DNA of 64,000 nucleotides, taken from sequence record NC_014260.1. One strand, 5' to 3'. The DNA comes from Escherichia phage IME08. The translations under genes were made by a program, and so were the position numbers. The notes under the pieces were generated by a model. It was not told the origin of the DNA, did not search any database, and saw only the letters and a list, made by a program, of their open reading frames with translations. Shown piece after piece: positions 45,176 through 54,598 of the stretch (its first letter is position 1; each line of letters starts with the position of its first letter).

Positions 45176-46182
45176 TTCAGCAGCTCCAGAGCTTGTTCAA
45201 GACGGTCTAAACGATTGGTAGACTCTTCCCAAAGTTTCTTGGCGGCGGTATATTGGCCGGTCAGTTTTTTGTTAATAGCAAGGGCATCTTTATACGCTTT
45301 TTCTAAGGCCACGATTTCCGGTAACTTGGATTTAGTAATTGGTGTAGGGGCCATGATAGGGCTGTTCAAGTCGTTAATCAAATCTTCTAATGTAGCAGGC
45401 TCTTTATCAGTATTCACAATTTCCTCACATTTTTCTTGGTAAATTTCAGCGTCAGTTTTTGGAACGGTACATTTGATTTCACGGACTGTTACTAAAACTT
45501 CATATCCTTTCCAGCCTAAGTGATGTTTAACTTCTTGGGTCTCATATTTCTCTACGGTATCCATCAGAGCTAAAGCTTGTTCGATAGTATTCAAGGTATC
45601 GTAAGCAATATCTTGATACTTTACAACTTCCGCATCATCTTTAGGTTTCCTATTAGGTGACCAAATAACAGAAATAATAGCTTTTCCTTTATAACTATTT
45701 GTTTTAATCATGCAATTGGCCATCGGGTGAATAGTACGACAATCACCGGAAACTATAGTTTTAGAGGCCGCTTTGAGAATTAATGCAGAGTTAGCTTTGA
45801 ATTCGGTAACCCAACGTTGTGGAAATAAACTACTAGGGTCCATACCTTTAATTTTGATATAACTTTTTATGGTATCACCAAACCATTTGTAGCTAACAGC
45901 ATGGCTAGAACCCGGATGTTTCTCTTTGCCAAACTCTGAAAGGATGTCCTTATTGACCAGTCGCGAAAGCAGTCGAGAACCTTTAAATGTTTTAATGATA
46001 TCATGAATGCACAAACGGCCTGCAATCTTTTCGATTTCAGCTTTGAAACAGCGCGATAATGCATCATCAATTTGGTCGACCCATTTATTGATATTAGAAA
46101 CTATTACCACATATGGGGTTAATGGAGGGGTGTTGGCAGTGATATACGTAGTAAAGGCATTGATGTATTCAGTACGAGTCAT
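45172..46182 (-). CDS. hypothetical protein (nrdC.x region)
   Basis: 336 aa ORF with early promoter upstream. Confidence 0.6.
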   Translation of the reverse strand: MTRTEYINAFTTYITANTPPLTPYVVIVSNINKWVDQIDDALSRCFKAEIEKIAGRLCIHDIIKTFKGSRLLSRLVNKDILSEFGKEKHPGSSHAVSYKWFGDTIKSYIKIKGMDPSSLFPQRWVTEFKANSALILKAASKTIVSGDCRTIHPMANCMIKTNSYKGKAIISVIWSPNRKPKDDAEVVKYQDIAYDTLNTIEQALALMDTVEKYETQEVKHHLGWKGYEVLVTVREIKCTVPKTDAEIYQEKCEEIVNTDKEPATLEDLINDLNSPIMAPTPITKSKLPEIVALEKAYKDALAINKKLTGQYTAAKKLWEESTNRLDRLEQALELLK

Positions 46183-46197
46183 GATATTCTCCTCAAG

Positions 46198-46238
46198 TTG
46201 ATAGAAAGATTATACTCCATCCATCCTTGGATGTAAAC
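46198..46238 (-). promoter_or_regulatory. sigma70-type early promoter (GTTTAC, 18 nt, TATAAT)
   Basis: gttgatagaaagattata...gtaaac. Confidence 0.55.
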
Positions 46239-46239
46239 A

Positions 46240-47133
46240 TTATTTTAGAGCTAATACTGCGGCGCGGAGCTTGTCACGCTGGAGTTCCATGTTCTTGATG
46301 CGAATCAATACGTCTTGAATACTCTTTTTCTCATCTTCGATCTGACCATTTAAACGGTGGATTGATTCCTGGAGGTGGTCCTCATGATACTTCTCGATAG
46401 GTTTCATCGTAGGGTTAGTAACCACCATAGAATTCTCAGGCTTGATTTTCCACTGATACTGTTTGGAATTGAATGGACTAGGCACAGCCGTGGTTTTGAA
46501 TTTGTCATAGGCTGCATACTGGCCTACGCTGTCACATGATACTGCAGAGATACGTCGTTCCATTTGTGGGTCCTTTTGTTGGGATTGATAAGGGGCATAA
46601 GACAAAAGATATTCACGAGTTAGTTTAATATTAAAATAAACTGCATCAGCCCGACCAGAACAATCAGCGTATTCATCGGTTGTAACCTTATATGATTCTA
46701 CTGCCTTAATACGAGTCATTGCTTCTCTGAATAAGGTTTCAAATGCTCCACGAAGGGCCTTATTACCTTTTGAGGTAGGACGGAAACGAACTTGAATACC
46801 GTCAGCCAAAATATTAATGACTAGGTTACGAGCCGTAAAATTAATATTCTTGATATTGATATGAACCGTAGAAATACGTCCTGCGGTAGCCAAGAGGTCT
46901 TTGATATTAGCTCGTAATGTTGCACCGAACAGGTGGGCTGGGCAAAGGCAATAATCGTTCAAAGAACTAATATAAGTCCCTTTACGGCCTACGCCGTAAG
47001 TATAATTACCATTACAAATATGGCCAAAGTCGGCCAGACGGTCAATAGCGATACGACGTGTGGTATCAAAATCATATCGGGAATATTCTTTACGTGTTTT
47101 AATGTTCATATTAAAGTCCAAATAATTTTTCAT
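46240..47133 (-). CDS. hypothetical protein
   Basis: 297 aa ORF. Confidence 0.6.
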   Translation of the reverse strand: MKNYLDFNMNIKTRKEYSRYDFDTTRRIAIDRLADFGHICNGNYTYGVGRKGTYISSLNDYCLCPAHLFGATLRANIKDLLATAGRISTVHINIKNINFTARNLVINILADGIQVRFRPTSKGNKALRGAFETLFREAMTRIKAVESYKVTTDEYADCSGRADAVYFNIKLTREYLLSYAPYQSQQKDPQMERRISAVSCDSVGQYAAYDKFKTTAVPSPFNSKQYQWKIKPENSMVVTNPTMKPIEKYHEDHLQESIHRLNGQIEDEKKSIQDVLIRIKNMELQRDKLRAAVLALK

Positions 47134-47317
47134 AGAGTTTAGCGATAGGCCAGGTTATAATAAAAACTATCCCAAACATAGCAAGAACTGGCCAGATAAA
47201 GGTGGCAAACACTGCTTCACCACCCGAGTTAATTTCCATATGATTGCGGCCAATAAGGACGGTAATGAATCCTATCACAAGGTATCCAAAAATAAAACTG
47301 ATAATTAAAGTAGCCAT
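47111..47317 (-). CDS. small two-TM membrane protein
   Basis: 68 aa, two hydrophobic helices. Confidence 0.5.
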   Translation of the reverse strand: MATLIISFIFGYLVIGFITVLIGRNHMEINSGGEAVFATFIWPVLAMFGIVFIITWPIAKLYEKLFGL

Positions 47318-47318
47318 A

Positions 47319-48161
47319 TTAATCCTTAAGAAGATTTAGGATATCGATATATTTTTGACGTTCAGCCTTAGCTTTAGCGTTCAGACCGGAGAGTCGGAAA
47401 ATCTCATCATCTTGTTGTTGAATTGTAACATTCAAGCAAGTAAGCAAATTACTAAAATACTCAATCTGGGCTTGATGCTTCTCATTGCTGCGCACCGGCA
47501 CAGGTTCCGGTTTAGGAGCTTCTGAATGACTCTTAACTTCATTACCTGGCTTAACAAGTTTAATACGCCAGCCTGTACTGGTATTAACATTATCAAAGGT
47601 AAGAATACCGCTACGTTCGAGTTCGGACAAAGCCAGTCGAAGATGGAATTTCCAATTGTCATATTGACAACCACTAAAAGTTGAAGTAAGATACTCGTTT
47701 TCGTTACCTGGTTGGTTGACAATATTAAAGATAATCCAATCGCCTGAACCATTAGTCTTAAATGGCATTTGCTTATCTTTACCTAAAGCCAGACGAGCAC
47801 CCAGTGCTAGTAAACGACGTTGGTTAGTACGAAGGTCTTTAACAACTTCATCAAATGACATCGCCGGGATTAAACGACCATAGAGGTCATAGCCTTTGTT
47901 ATAATTTCTAAGAATAATTCTGGCGTTAGCACGAGTCAACATACCGGCCCTGTGAAGAGATTTCATGACTCGGTCTTCTAACGTAAACAAACCTTTAGTC
48001 TTGTCAAAGATTTTAGTGAATTCATCTACAGAAATACAAACTTCAAACTTTTCCCACATCATGGCCAAAACCTTTTCAACCACTTCTTTATTCAGTGGAA
48101 TACGACCAAATTTAATAACCTTTTTAACTTCAGAACGAATTTGATTAATTGCCTGTGACAT
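47319..48161 (-). CDS. hypothetical protein
   Basis: 280 aa ORF. Confidence 0.6.
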   Translation of the reverse strand: MSQAINQIRSEVKKVIKFGRIPLNKEVVEKVLAMMWEKFEVCISVDEFTKIFDKTKGLFTLEDRVMKSLHRAGMLTRANARIILRNYNKGYDLYGRLIPAMSFDEVVKDLRTNQRRLLALGARLALGKDKQMPFKTNGSGDWIIFNIVNQPGNENEYLTSTFSGCQYDNWKFHLRLALSELERSGILTFDNVNTSTGWRIKLVKPGNEVKSHSEAPKPEPVPVRSNEKHQAQIEYFSNLLTCLNVTIQQQDDEIFRLSGLNAKAKAERQKYIDILNLLKD

Positions 48162-48224
48162 AATAATTTCCTCAGTAAGTAATTAAGAACCTAGAACCAT
48201 TATACCATCCTTGGTATAAAGCGT

Positions 48225-48749
48225 TTATGCGAGAACCGTCTTTAAACGCTCTTCAAATTTCTGAAGCAGAGCTTGGCGTTCAGCTCGTTGTGATTTGTAC
48301 TGCTCGATACGACCTGAAGTGAGGGCGTACTGTTCGTTTACTGATTCCCGCATGAATTCAGGAATCTCTTTACAAGCTTTTATTTCGTCAAACTTATCAA
48401 TAACCGCTTGTTCCTCGGCAATCAGATTATCGAAATAAGCGATATCAGATTTAACGTTTGCCAGGTCAGATTCAGTAGGCATTAAACGTTTGTTACGTTC
48501 AGCTTGATAAGCTTGATTGGTTTCACGACTCCAGTGAAGAGTACGTTTTTTGTTAGTGTTTTTATAGAGCTCTACAATACCAACTGAATCGATGACTGCA
48601 ATCCAGTTCCAACGGCTTTTGTAAATCTCTCCTCCAGATACGGTAATCTCATTACCACAAGCAACGTCGTTAAAGAACTTGCTTTGTTTTTCAGATTTGA
48701 AATTACCGTTGTTGAAATTAATCAGTGAAAAAATATCTTTAGCGTTCAT
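48225..48749 (-). CDS. hypothetical protein
   Basis: 174 aa ORF with early promoter. Confidence 0.55.
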   Translation of the reverse strand: MNAKDIFSLINFNNGNFKSEKQSKFFNDVACGNEITVSGGEIYKSRWNWIAVIDSVGIVELYKNTNKKRTLHWSRETNQAYQAERNKRLMPTESDLANVKSDIAYFDNLIAEEQAVIDKFDEIKACKEIPEFMRESVNEQYALTSGRIEQYKSQRAERQALLQKFEERLKTVLA

Positions 48750-48763
48750 GATAACCTCCAGTA

Positions 48764-48804
48764 GTTGATAGGTCTATAGTATCATTTCTACCGGAGATGT
48801 AAAC
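48764..48804 (-). promoter_or_regulatory. sigma70-type early promoter with full conserved block
   Basis: gttgataggtctatagtatca + 17 nt + gtaaac. Confidence 0.7.
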
Positions 48805-48806
48805 AA

Positions 48807-49148
48807 CTAATAGAAACTTTTTTCACCTGCTTGTCCACTAAACCACGCTGATTGGGTGTTCTCTTTCCGTTGATGTTCAATACGAATGCGATATTCATTC
48901 CTGATGGCGCAGAGTTCACCTCGGAAGTCGCCTGTCAACTTTACCTGCTTGTGGTCTAGATTTATTAAGGCCTGGGTCTTCGCGGCCAGGAGCAGTCTCT
49001 TGTAGTCTCCTTCTTCACAATCAGTTTTATAAACTCTATTAGTATATCCATCGATAAGTTCTTTATCATAGTCCTCGACAGACTGTTTCATGGCTTTGGA
49101 AAAAGTCTGACCTGCGTTATAAAGATTGTAACTAAATTGTTCGAACAT
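48807..49148 (-). CDS. hypothetical protein
   Basis: 113 aa ORF. Confidence 0.5.
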   Translation of the reverse strand: MFEQFSYNLYNAGQTFSKAMKQSVEDYDKELIDGYTNRVYKTDCEEGDYKRLLLAAKTQALINLDHKQVKLTGDFRGELCAIRNEYRIRIEHQRKENTQSAWFSGQAGEKSFY

Positions 49149-49158
49149 AATTTCACCT

Positions 49159-50139
49159 TTATTTCAGAAGTGTAACTTCAGCGATTTCGTTCCAGTCATT
49201 TTTATCGGTGGCAATGAAGTCCGCCAGATAAAGAGCTGTACGTAATGATACGTTACGAAGACGAGATACATTAGCCTTCATCCATGCTAAAGCTTGATAA
49301 GTCTCAGCATCAGTCAGACCTCGATTTTGCATCATATCAGTAGACAGGATAACGTCTTCAACACGAACCATAATCTCTTCGTTCGAGTGAACTCCGAGGT
49401 CTAAGTAAACTGAACGAGATACTAAAGCCTGGAGGTGCGGAGCAAGTTTAGTTCCACGCTCTAATTCACGGTCAATATCTACGTTGGTGATGAACACGAT
49501 GGTGCCTTCGTATTCGAATTCTTTATCGATGTTTTTATCATCGAGGTAAGAACTTGAAGTGCTCCAGCACACCTTACGTTTTTCACCAGTATCCAATGCT
49601 GCTTTTAACAGGTTCAGGATATCCATATCAGAGAATACATCAACATCATCGATAAGAAGAACACTATTAGGGCCGCGGTTATTCCAAAGCTGCTCGTAAA
49701 GACCGATTCCACTAATCTTTCCGTTGATTGATTTATATTCGATAGTTTCATTTTCGTGGGCATTTTGTAATGCTTTATCCAAAGAATACGTTTTACCAAT
49801 ACCTGCGGCACCAGAGATGATAAGGGAACGAATTTTACCATCGATGATTCCGTTGGTCATCATGTTCATTACTTTAAAACGTTTGTTGATGCGATGTTTC
49901 ATTTCTTCGGCGGATTCAGTAACCATTGCAGGAGCTTCAGCACCTTCCATTTCAACGTCACATTTGAACACCCATACACCACGTTCAACACCATCAATCT
50001 GTACGAATACCTTACCATCACCGAGATGAGCTTCGGATTCATGAATTTTATTAGGGAACCAGGTTTTACCTGAACTCATGAACGTACCAGAGATTTCATT
50101 ACCGCGATAGATACCTTTGTTGATTTTGATAGTTAACAT
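49159..50139 (-). CDS. P-loop NTPase (AAA-like)
   Basis: Walker A GAAGIGKT, Walker B LLIDDVD; start moved to ATG 50139 (GGAGA SD) because the track start lies above the promoter. Confidence 0.65.
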   Translation of the reverse strand: MLTIKINKGIYRGNEISGTFMSSGKTWFPNKIHESEAHLGDGKVFVQIDGVERGVWVFKCDVEMEGAEAPAMVTESAEEMKHRINKRFKVMNMMTNGIIDGKIRSLIISGAAGIGKTYSLDKALQNAHENETIEYKSINGKISGIGLYEQLWNNRGPNSVLLIDDVDVFSDMDILNLLKAALDTGEKRKVCWSTSSSYLDDKNIDKEFEYEGTIVFITNVDIDRELERGTKLAPHLQALVSRSVYLDLGVHSNEEIMVRVEDVILSTDMMQNRGLTDAETYQALAWMKANVSRLRNVSLRTALYLADFIATDKNDWNEIAEVTLLK

Positions 50140-50166
50140 TATATTCTCCGTTTCACTCAGTAGATT

Positions 50167-50205
50167 TGATAGGTCCATAATAACATGCTCTACGAGGGTG
50201 TAAAC
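50167..50205 (-). promoter_or_regulatory. sigma70-type early promoter (GTTTAC, 17 nt, TATTAT)
   Basis: tttgataggtccataata...gtaaac. Confidence 0.6.
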
Positions 50206-50221
50206 TCTTTTTTGCACTAAA

Positions 50222-50246
50222 CCCAAAAAAGGCCCGAAGGCCTTTT
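50222..50246 (-). terminator. GGCC-UUCG-GGCC tetraloop hairpin + U6
   Basis: minus strand GGCCttcgGGCCttttttgggttt after stop of ORF 50248..51258. Confidence 0.6.
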
Positions 50247-50247
50247 A

Positions 50248-51258
50248 TCATTTATAATACGAGTTATGGTTTTCTAGGTAAACCTCTTCAACGAACTTGT
50301 CCCAGAACTTCATGTCTACCTTCTCAGGCATACCATTCTTAGCGGCCCAGATAGCATTAGTTTCGACTTCATCAACGATGGCTTCAAGTTCAGCCTGTAC
50401 ATCTTTAAAAGCATGAAGCCCTTGTTTGATTTCAAGGATAAACGGTGCTGTACGTAAAGGATATTGGAGGTCGCCTGTTTGATAGATTTCCTTCAACTGA
50501 TATCCAGCACGATAAGCATGGCTCAGAGCTTTCCAGTCAATACCTTCGTTAGCTTCAGCTTTACGAGCACGTTCGCCATATTCCGAATCGAGCTTATTCA
50601 GAGATTGCTTGAGCTCGATTAATGACAGAGTGGTTTGGTATTTACGTCCGAGAACAGTATAGAACGTTTGAGGACCTGTTTTCTCATGGTTGTAGAATAC
50701 CCATTCACAGAACTCGTTTTCAGGGAGTCGATGTTTGATATCTTCTACCTTAGTGCGACGTTGCTTAGTAGAACCATCTTCTTGATAATCGACCCACTGT
50801 TCGGGAATCTGGTTAACAATAGCCAGTACACCACGCAGAGCAGCCAGTCGAGAACCTTTAACGCCATATTTAGAAGCTTGCTTACGGACATACCCTAAAT
50901 AGGCTTTCATGTTGGTTGTATAGAACCGTGAACGATTATCTTGGATAAATTTCCATACATCAGGTAAATCAGATTTAACCACCAGTTCAGCTGGAGTGTG
51001 GAGCATATCCAGAGCAACGGTTTCGCCATCAGCCGCTAGTTTAAAGAAATATTTCAGGCTGTAAAGCTCATGGTCAACATCATCTTTAGTGTTTTTGGAA
51101 GCAGTGTTATTCGTGTTCAGGTTGGTATGGTTCATAGCCGTACCTAACAGAATATCACGCGGATGTGGAACAAAGATTTCTTTAAAATCGACATCAGATT
51201 CCGGAGTACTTGTTCCATAAAGGTGGCTACCGAAGTAGCCTTTCATAACTGTTCTCAT
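50248..51258 (-). CDS. putative nucleotidyltransferase-fold protein
   Basis: 336 aa; N-terminal GSHLYGTSTPESDVD resembles the pol-beta-superfamily G[GS]x(9-13)DxD motif. Confidence 0.5.
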   Translation of the reverse strand: MRTVMKGYFGSHLYGTSTPESDVDFKEIFVPHPRDILLGTAMNHTNLNTNNTASKNTKDDVDHELYSLKYFFKLAADGETVALDMLHTPAELVVKSDLPDVWKFIQDNRSRFYTTNMKAYLGYVRKQASKYGVKGSRLAALRGVLAIVNQIPEQWVDYQEDGSTKQRRTKVEDIKHRLPENEFCEWVFYNHEKTGPQTFYTVLGRKYQTTLSLIELKQSLNKLDSEYGERARKAEANEGIDWKALSHAYRAGYQLKEIYQTGDLQYPLRTAPFILEIKQGLHAFKDVQAELEAIVDEVETNAIWAAKNGMPEKVDMKFWDKFVEEVYLENHNSYYK

Positions 51259-51707
51259 TCTTTGTTCTCGAAGTGGATTACAGGGCAGACCTTAGATTTA
51301 CGAGCTTTGATATATTGGATGACAACGTTTTCTTTAGTTTCTCGGCCTTCACGCTCAGCTTGAATACGCTGCCATTCCTTTTCTTCTCTACGTGCGTCAT
51401 ACCACGAGTGTAAATTCATCGCACCGAATGCCAAACCAATGGATAGCGCAATAATAAGAGATATTGCAACCAACCCTAAAACAAACCCGAGGCTCAACAG
51501 AACAGGGGTACTTAATACAAAGAAATGCTCTAATACACCAGCACCTGCTACAGTTAATCCAAAAAGCGTACTACCTGCAACAACAGCACAAGCAAAACAA
51601 GCCCAAACCATTTTCCAGAAGTAAGCACATAAAGAGTGCGGTCGAGAATGACGGTCATAAAAACGGTCGTGTAATTTAACGTGCCAAGAGTTTGTATTGA
51701 TAATCAT
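51255..51707 (-). CDS. membrane protein
   Basis: 150 aa; two long hydrophobic helices. Confidence 0.5.
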   Translation of the reverse strand: MIINTNSWHVKLHDRFYDRHSRPHSLCAYFWKMVWACFACAVVAGSTLFGLTVAGAGVLEHFFVLSTPVLLSLGFVLGLVAISLIIALSIGLAFGAMNLHSWYDARREEKEWQRIQAEREGRETKENVVIQYIKARKSKVCPVIHFENKE

Positions 51708-51717
51708 AATATTTTCC

Positions 51718-52278
51718 TTAAGAGTTCATAGTTGGGATAACAGAGTTCAGATAAGAGACTAAAGCTTTGAGCTCGTCCTTAGTAAATACCACTTCATTTT
51801 CACCGTCGTGTCTTTGGGTCAAGGATAGCAAATCACGGCCCTGATGTTGATACACGGATAATTCAGTATCGTAATCCATTTCTTCTTCATCACCTTCAAA
51901 GGTTTCACTAGAACGAATTACCGCATCTTGGCCAGGGACTTTCCATTCAACTTCCGGATGGCATTCTTCCTGGAACAGTTTAAAAATACATTTAAAGAAA
52001 TTAGCAGAATCACTAATGCTTAGACATTCCCCATCCGTTTCCAAATTAAACCCGTTGTCATGGTTATAAATCTGGGCCCACATATCATCGTTAATATTAA
52101 ATACACCTCTAAAACTACCATTAAGATATTGGTGTTTGTCCAAAACCTTTAAATCGTAAAGTGGTTTGATATCTTGGATAGTCAGTACGATTTTATCGTC
52201 TTCTTGTGAAAGCACAATTGCATTATCAACTACTTCAGCGGTCAGGTCACCAAACAACCCAGATGTTTCAATAATCAT
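51718..52278 (-). CDS. hypothetical protein
   Basis: 186 aa ORF. Confidence 0.55.
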   Translation of the reverse strand: MIIETSGLFGDLTAEVVDNAIVLSQEDDKIVLTIQDIKPLYDLKVLDKHQYLNGSFRGVFNINDDMWAQIYNHDNGFNLETDGECLSISDSANFFKCIFKLFQEECHPEVEWKVPGQDAVIRSSETFEGDEEEMDYDTELSVYQHQGRDLLSLTQRHDGENEVVFTKDELKALVSYLNSVIPTMNS

Positions 52279-52288
52279 TTCCCGTTCC

Positions 52289-52471
52289 TCATTTCACATT
52301 TTGTTTAATAAAATTTAACAACTCTTTAAGAGCTTCATCTTCTTCTTTAGAAAGCCTGCTGCATTCACTAGCTGGGTAATTACGACAAAACGCGGTTTCA
52401 AATCTGGTCACTGCTCCAGCATATGACTCGATAAGCTCTTCAAGTTTTAAATGCTTTTCTTCAGTTTTCAT
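52289..52471 (-). CDS. hypothetical protein
   Basis: 60 aa ORF. Confidence 0.35.
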   Translation of the reverse strand: MKTEEKHLKLEELIESYAGAVTRFETAFCRNYPASECSRLSKEEDEALKELLNFIKQNVK

Positions 52472-52474
52472 AAA

Positions 52475-52747
52475 TCACCGGTTGTGTTTTAAAATACTAT
52501 AAAGCTCTTCGACCTGGCTTGCGTTCAGACAAATCATATCATTTTCTTGTTGGAGCGTAATTCCACCTTTTTCTTCCCAATCTTTAACAAAGATGTCATC
52601 GTCAGACTCTTCAACATCGGCCAAAAGGACGATAATACCGTCTTCAGAATTACCACTCGGGTCATATAACATTACAGTTTCCTCGCTAACCATGAAAAGA
52701 ATAAACCAATTAAAATGGGCCCTACAGCCATTGTTAGCCAAGCCCAA
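52475..52747 (-). CDS. hypothetical protein
   Basis: 90 aa ORF. Confidence 0.4.
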   Translation of the reverse strand: MGLANNGCRAHFNWFILFMVSEETVMLYDPSGNSEDGIIVLLADVEESDDDIFVKDWEEKGGITLQQENDMICLNASQVEELYSILKHNR

Positions 52748-52791
52748 GGCTCAAGATAGTAAATCATCTCATGCTCCTATGCCATCAGCCA

Positions 52792-52974
52792 TTATGCTTT
52801 CAATTCTTCTAAATAATCAACCAAAGCCTGTTTTGATTTAGCCAAATCTCGTTTACACCGTTCTATTCCGGAATATGAATAACCTTCACACATCTCAACC
52901 GCAAGGTCGTTAGAATCTCTTTCAATTTCAATAGCCAATTTAAGAATTTTTGCACACTGTTCAGTAGTTAACAT
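52792..52974 (-). CDS. hypothetical protein
   Basis: 60 aa ORF. Confidence 0.35.
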   Translation of the reverse strand: MLTTEQCAKILKLAIEIERDSNDLAVEMCEGYSYSGIERCKRDLAKSKQALVDYLEELKA

Positions 52975-52978
52975 AATA

Positions 52979-53215
52979 TCACCAGTATTTGTTAATGGTA
53001 GAAATTAATTCTTGGGCCTGGGCTGTATTCAATTTACATCCACAACCCTTTAATGTGTCTTTAAGGAGCCACGGTTCCTTGAGCTCATCCTTTTCCAGAC
53101 GAATTCTGTATCCTCGATAATCGGCAAATATACTTCGGTCGTCGAATATCTTAATCTCAAGGATACGACCGTTGATTTCATATTCTAATGAAACCGTAGT
53201 ACTTGTAAGTTTCAT
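52979..53215 (-). CDS. hypothetical protein
   Basis: 78 aa ORF. Confidence 0.4.
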   Translation of the reverse strand: MKLTSTTVSLEYEINGRILEIKIFDDRSIFADYRGYRIRLEKDELKEPWLLKDTLKGCGCKLNTAQAQELISTINKYW

Positions 53216-53228
53216 ACTGTTTTCCTCA

Positions 53229-53459
53229 TTAAATTTTTTCGAATAATGCTAAAGCTTTTTCGATAGCTACAGATTTGGTACCAATAACCATTTTAGGCTG
53301 AGATTGGAACTTAGTAGCTTCGTAAACTTCTAAACCGGTTACTTTACCATTTTGTTCGATAATAGCAAAGGTGGCGTTTTCAAAATCTTCAGCTTTAACT
53401 TTAAGTGCTTTAGAAGCTTTAGCGATATCGATAACTTTCAGGTTGGTGATGGTTTTCAT
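53229..53459 (-). CDS. hypothetical protein
   Basis: 76 aa ORF with early promoter upstream. Confidence 0.45.
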   Translation of the reverse strand: MKTITNLKVIDIAKASKALKVKAEDFENATFAIIEQNGKVTGLEVYEATKFQSQPKMVIGTKSVAIEKALALFEKI

Positions 53460-53475
53460 TTTGTTCTCCTCATTA

Positions 53476-53516
53476 GTTGATAGGTCTATAGTATCATGTT
53501 CCTAGAGGATGTAAAC
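53476..53516 (-). promoter_or_regulatory. sigma70-type early promoter with full conserved block
   Basis: gttgataggtctatagtatca + 17 nt + gtaaac. Confidence 0.7.
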
Positions 53517-53522
53517 ACCTAA

Positions 53523-53553
53523 ACGAAAAAAGGTCCCACCGAAGTGAGACCTT
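53523..53553 (-). terminator. GGUCUCAC-UUCG-GUGGGACC tetraloop hairpin + U6
   Basis: minus strand GGTCTCACttcgGTGGGACCttttttcg after the rI.-1 stop. Confidence 0.6.
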
Positions 53554-53556
53554 TGA

Positions 53557-53940
53557 TTATTCTAACGTCAGCAAATACTTAGTCTGGTAAAAGACGCCAG
53601 TGATATCGTCCAAAGTCGACTGGATGGCCTTGGGAAGGGTGTCATAGATTTTATCAGTTGCTTTAAGAAGCTCATCAAGGAAATCTACAGGGTCCTTAGG
53701 CAAGTCTGAAGCAGACGGTAATGATGCTTTATATTCTTTGCCACTGAATCCAAGATATTGCTCACTAAATTGGTCCAGAGGTCCTTGAACTTCTACATAA
53801 TAGAAGTCATACGCTTTGTGTCTTGCATAGCTTTTGGTTTCTAAATGGGCTGACTTAAAATAGGCTAAAGAAACCAGTAGCCAACCAATATAAGAATCCA
53901 CTTCAGACCCTCGACCGGGTACGAAATCATTGAATTTCAT
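53557..53940 (-). CDS. hypothetical protein (rI.-1 position)
   Basis: 127 aa ORF immediately after rI. Confidence 0.5.
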   Translation of the reverse strand: MKFNDFVPGRGSEVDSYIGWLLVSLAYFKSAHLETKSYARHKAYDFYYVEVQGPLDQFSEQYLGFSGKEYKASLPSASDLPKDPVDFLDELLKATDKIYDTLPKAIQSTLDDITGVFYQTKYLLTLE

Positions 53941-54220
53941 CTTCTACCTTCATTAGTTTTGCATAACGCTCTCCGATGGCACGACCTTCAATTGAGCATG
54001 CTTCTATAGTCCGACAACTTGAATTCTTCCAGGAAGCCGTAACATAGGCCCAATAGTCTTCGGAGGCCTTTACGCTTGGTCTACTCATTTGCGCATAAAC
54101 AGGCATCGCACTACTAGCAAACGCGTCCATCAATTTATCGTTGGTATCATTTGCTAGTGAAACTGAAGGGCCTAAACATCCCGCCATAAGGATACAAGCC
54201 GCTGTACGGAAAATATCCAT
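53927..54220 (-). CDS. rI: lysis-inhibition regulator RI-like periplasmic protein
   Basis: 97 aa; N-terminal signal-anchor; C..EAC...GERYAKLM parallels recalled T4 RI C..FEC...AQSYARIM. Confidence 0.65.
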   Translation of the reverse strand: MDIFRTAACILMAGCLGPSVSLANDTNDKLMDAFASSAMPVYAQMSRPSVKASEDYWAYVTASWKNSSCRTIEACSIEGRAIGERYAKLMKVEDEIQ

Positions 54221-54312
54221 ACAAATGTCCTTTGTTGTTTTATACTATTTGCCTTTCGGCCTTAACCGATAGCGATTACCAAAAGCTAAAGCTCTACGGT
54301 TAGTATTATTAT

Positions 54313-54591
54313 TTATAGCTTTTTAAGCTTACGACAATAAGAATAGAACACGTCGTTAAAATTATATTCAACCCAATTCCTCTGTATAGGCGAGGTAATG
54401 GAAAGCATATAATGCGCTTTAATTAAATCCATCCCATTTTTATTAGGACACTCTTTATTATTAGCATTATACGTCGCTGCTACAACCTCTATCTCTCTTT
54501 TGTAAGCCACATCATCCATGATAGGCGAAAGAACAATATAAGAAATAGCCACAGCGAACGCTAGAATTAAAATCTTTGAATTTAGGTCCAT
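54313..54591 (-). CDS. membrane protein
   Basis: 92 aa; N-terminal TM helix. Confidence 0.5.
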   Translation of the reverse strand: MDLNSKILILAFAVAISYIVLSPIMDDVAYKREIEVVAATYNANNKECPNKNGMDLIKAHYMLSITSPIQRNWVEYNFNDVFYSYCRKLKKL

Positions 54592-54598
54592 AGTACCC

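Noticed and set aside
47432-47752. 106-aa ORF nested inside the 280-aa ORF 47319-48161
   Set aside because: Nested in a different frame of a longer, better-supported ORF.
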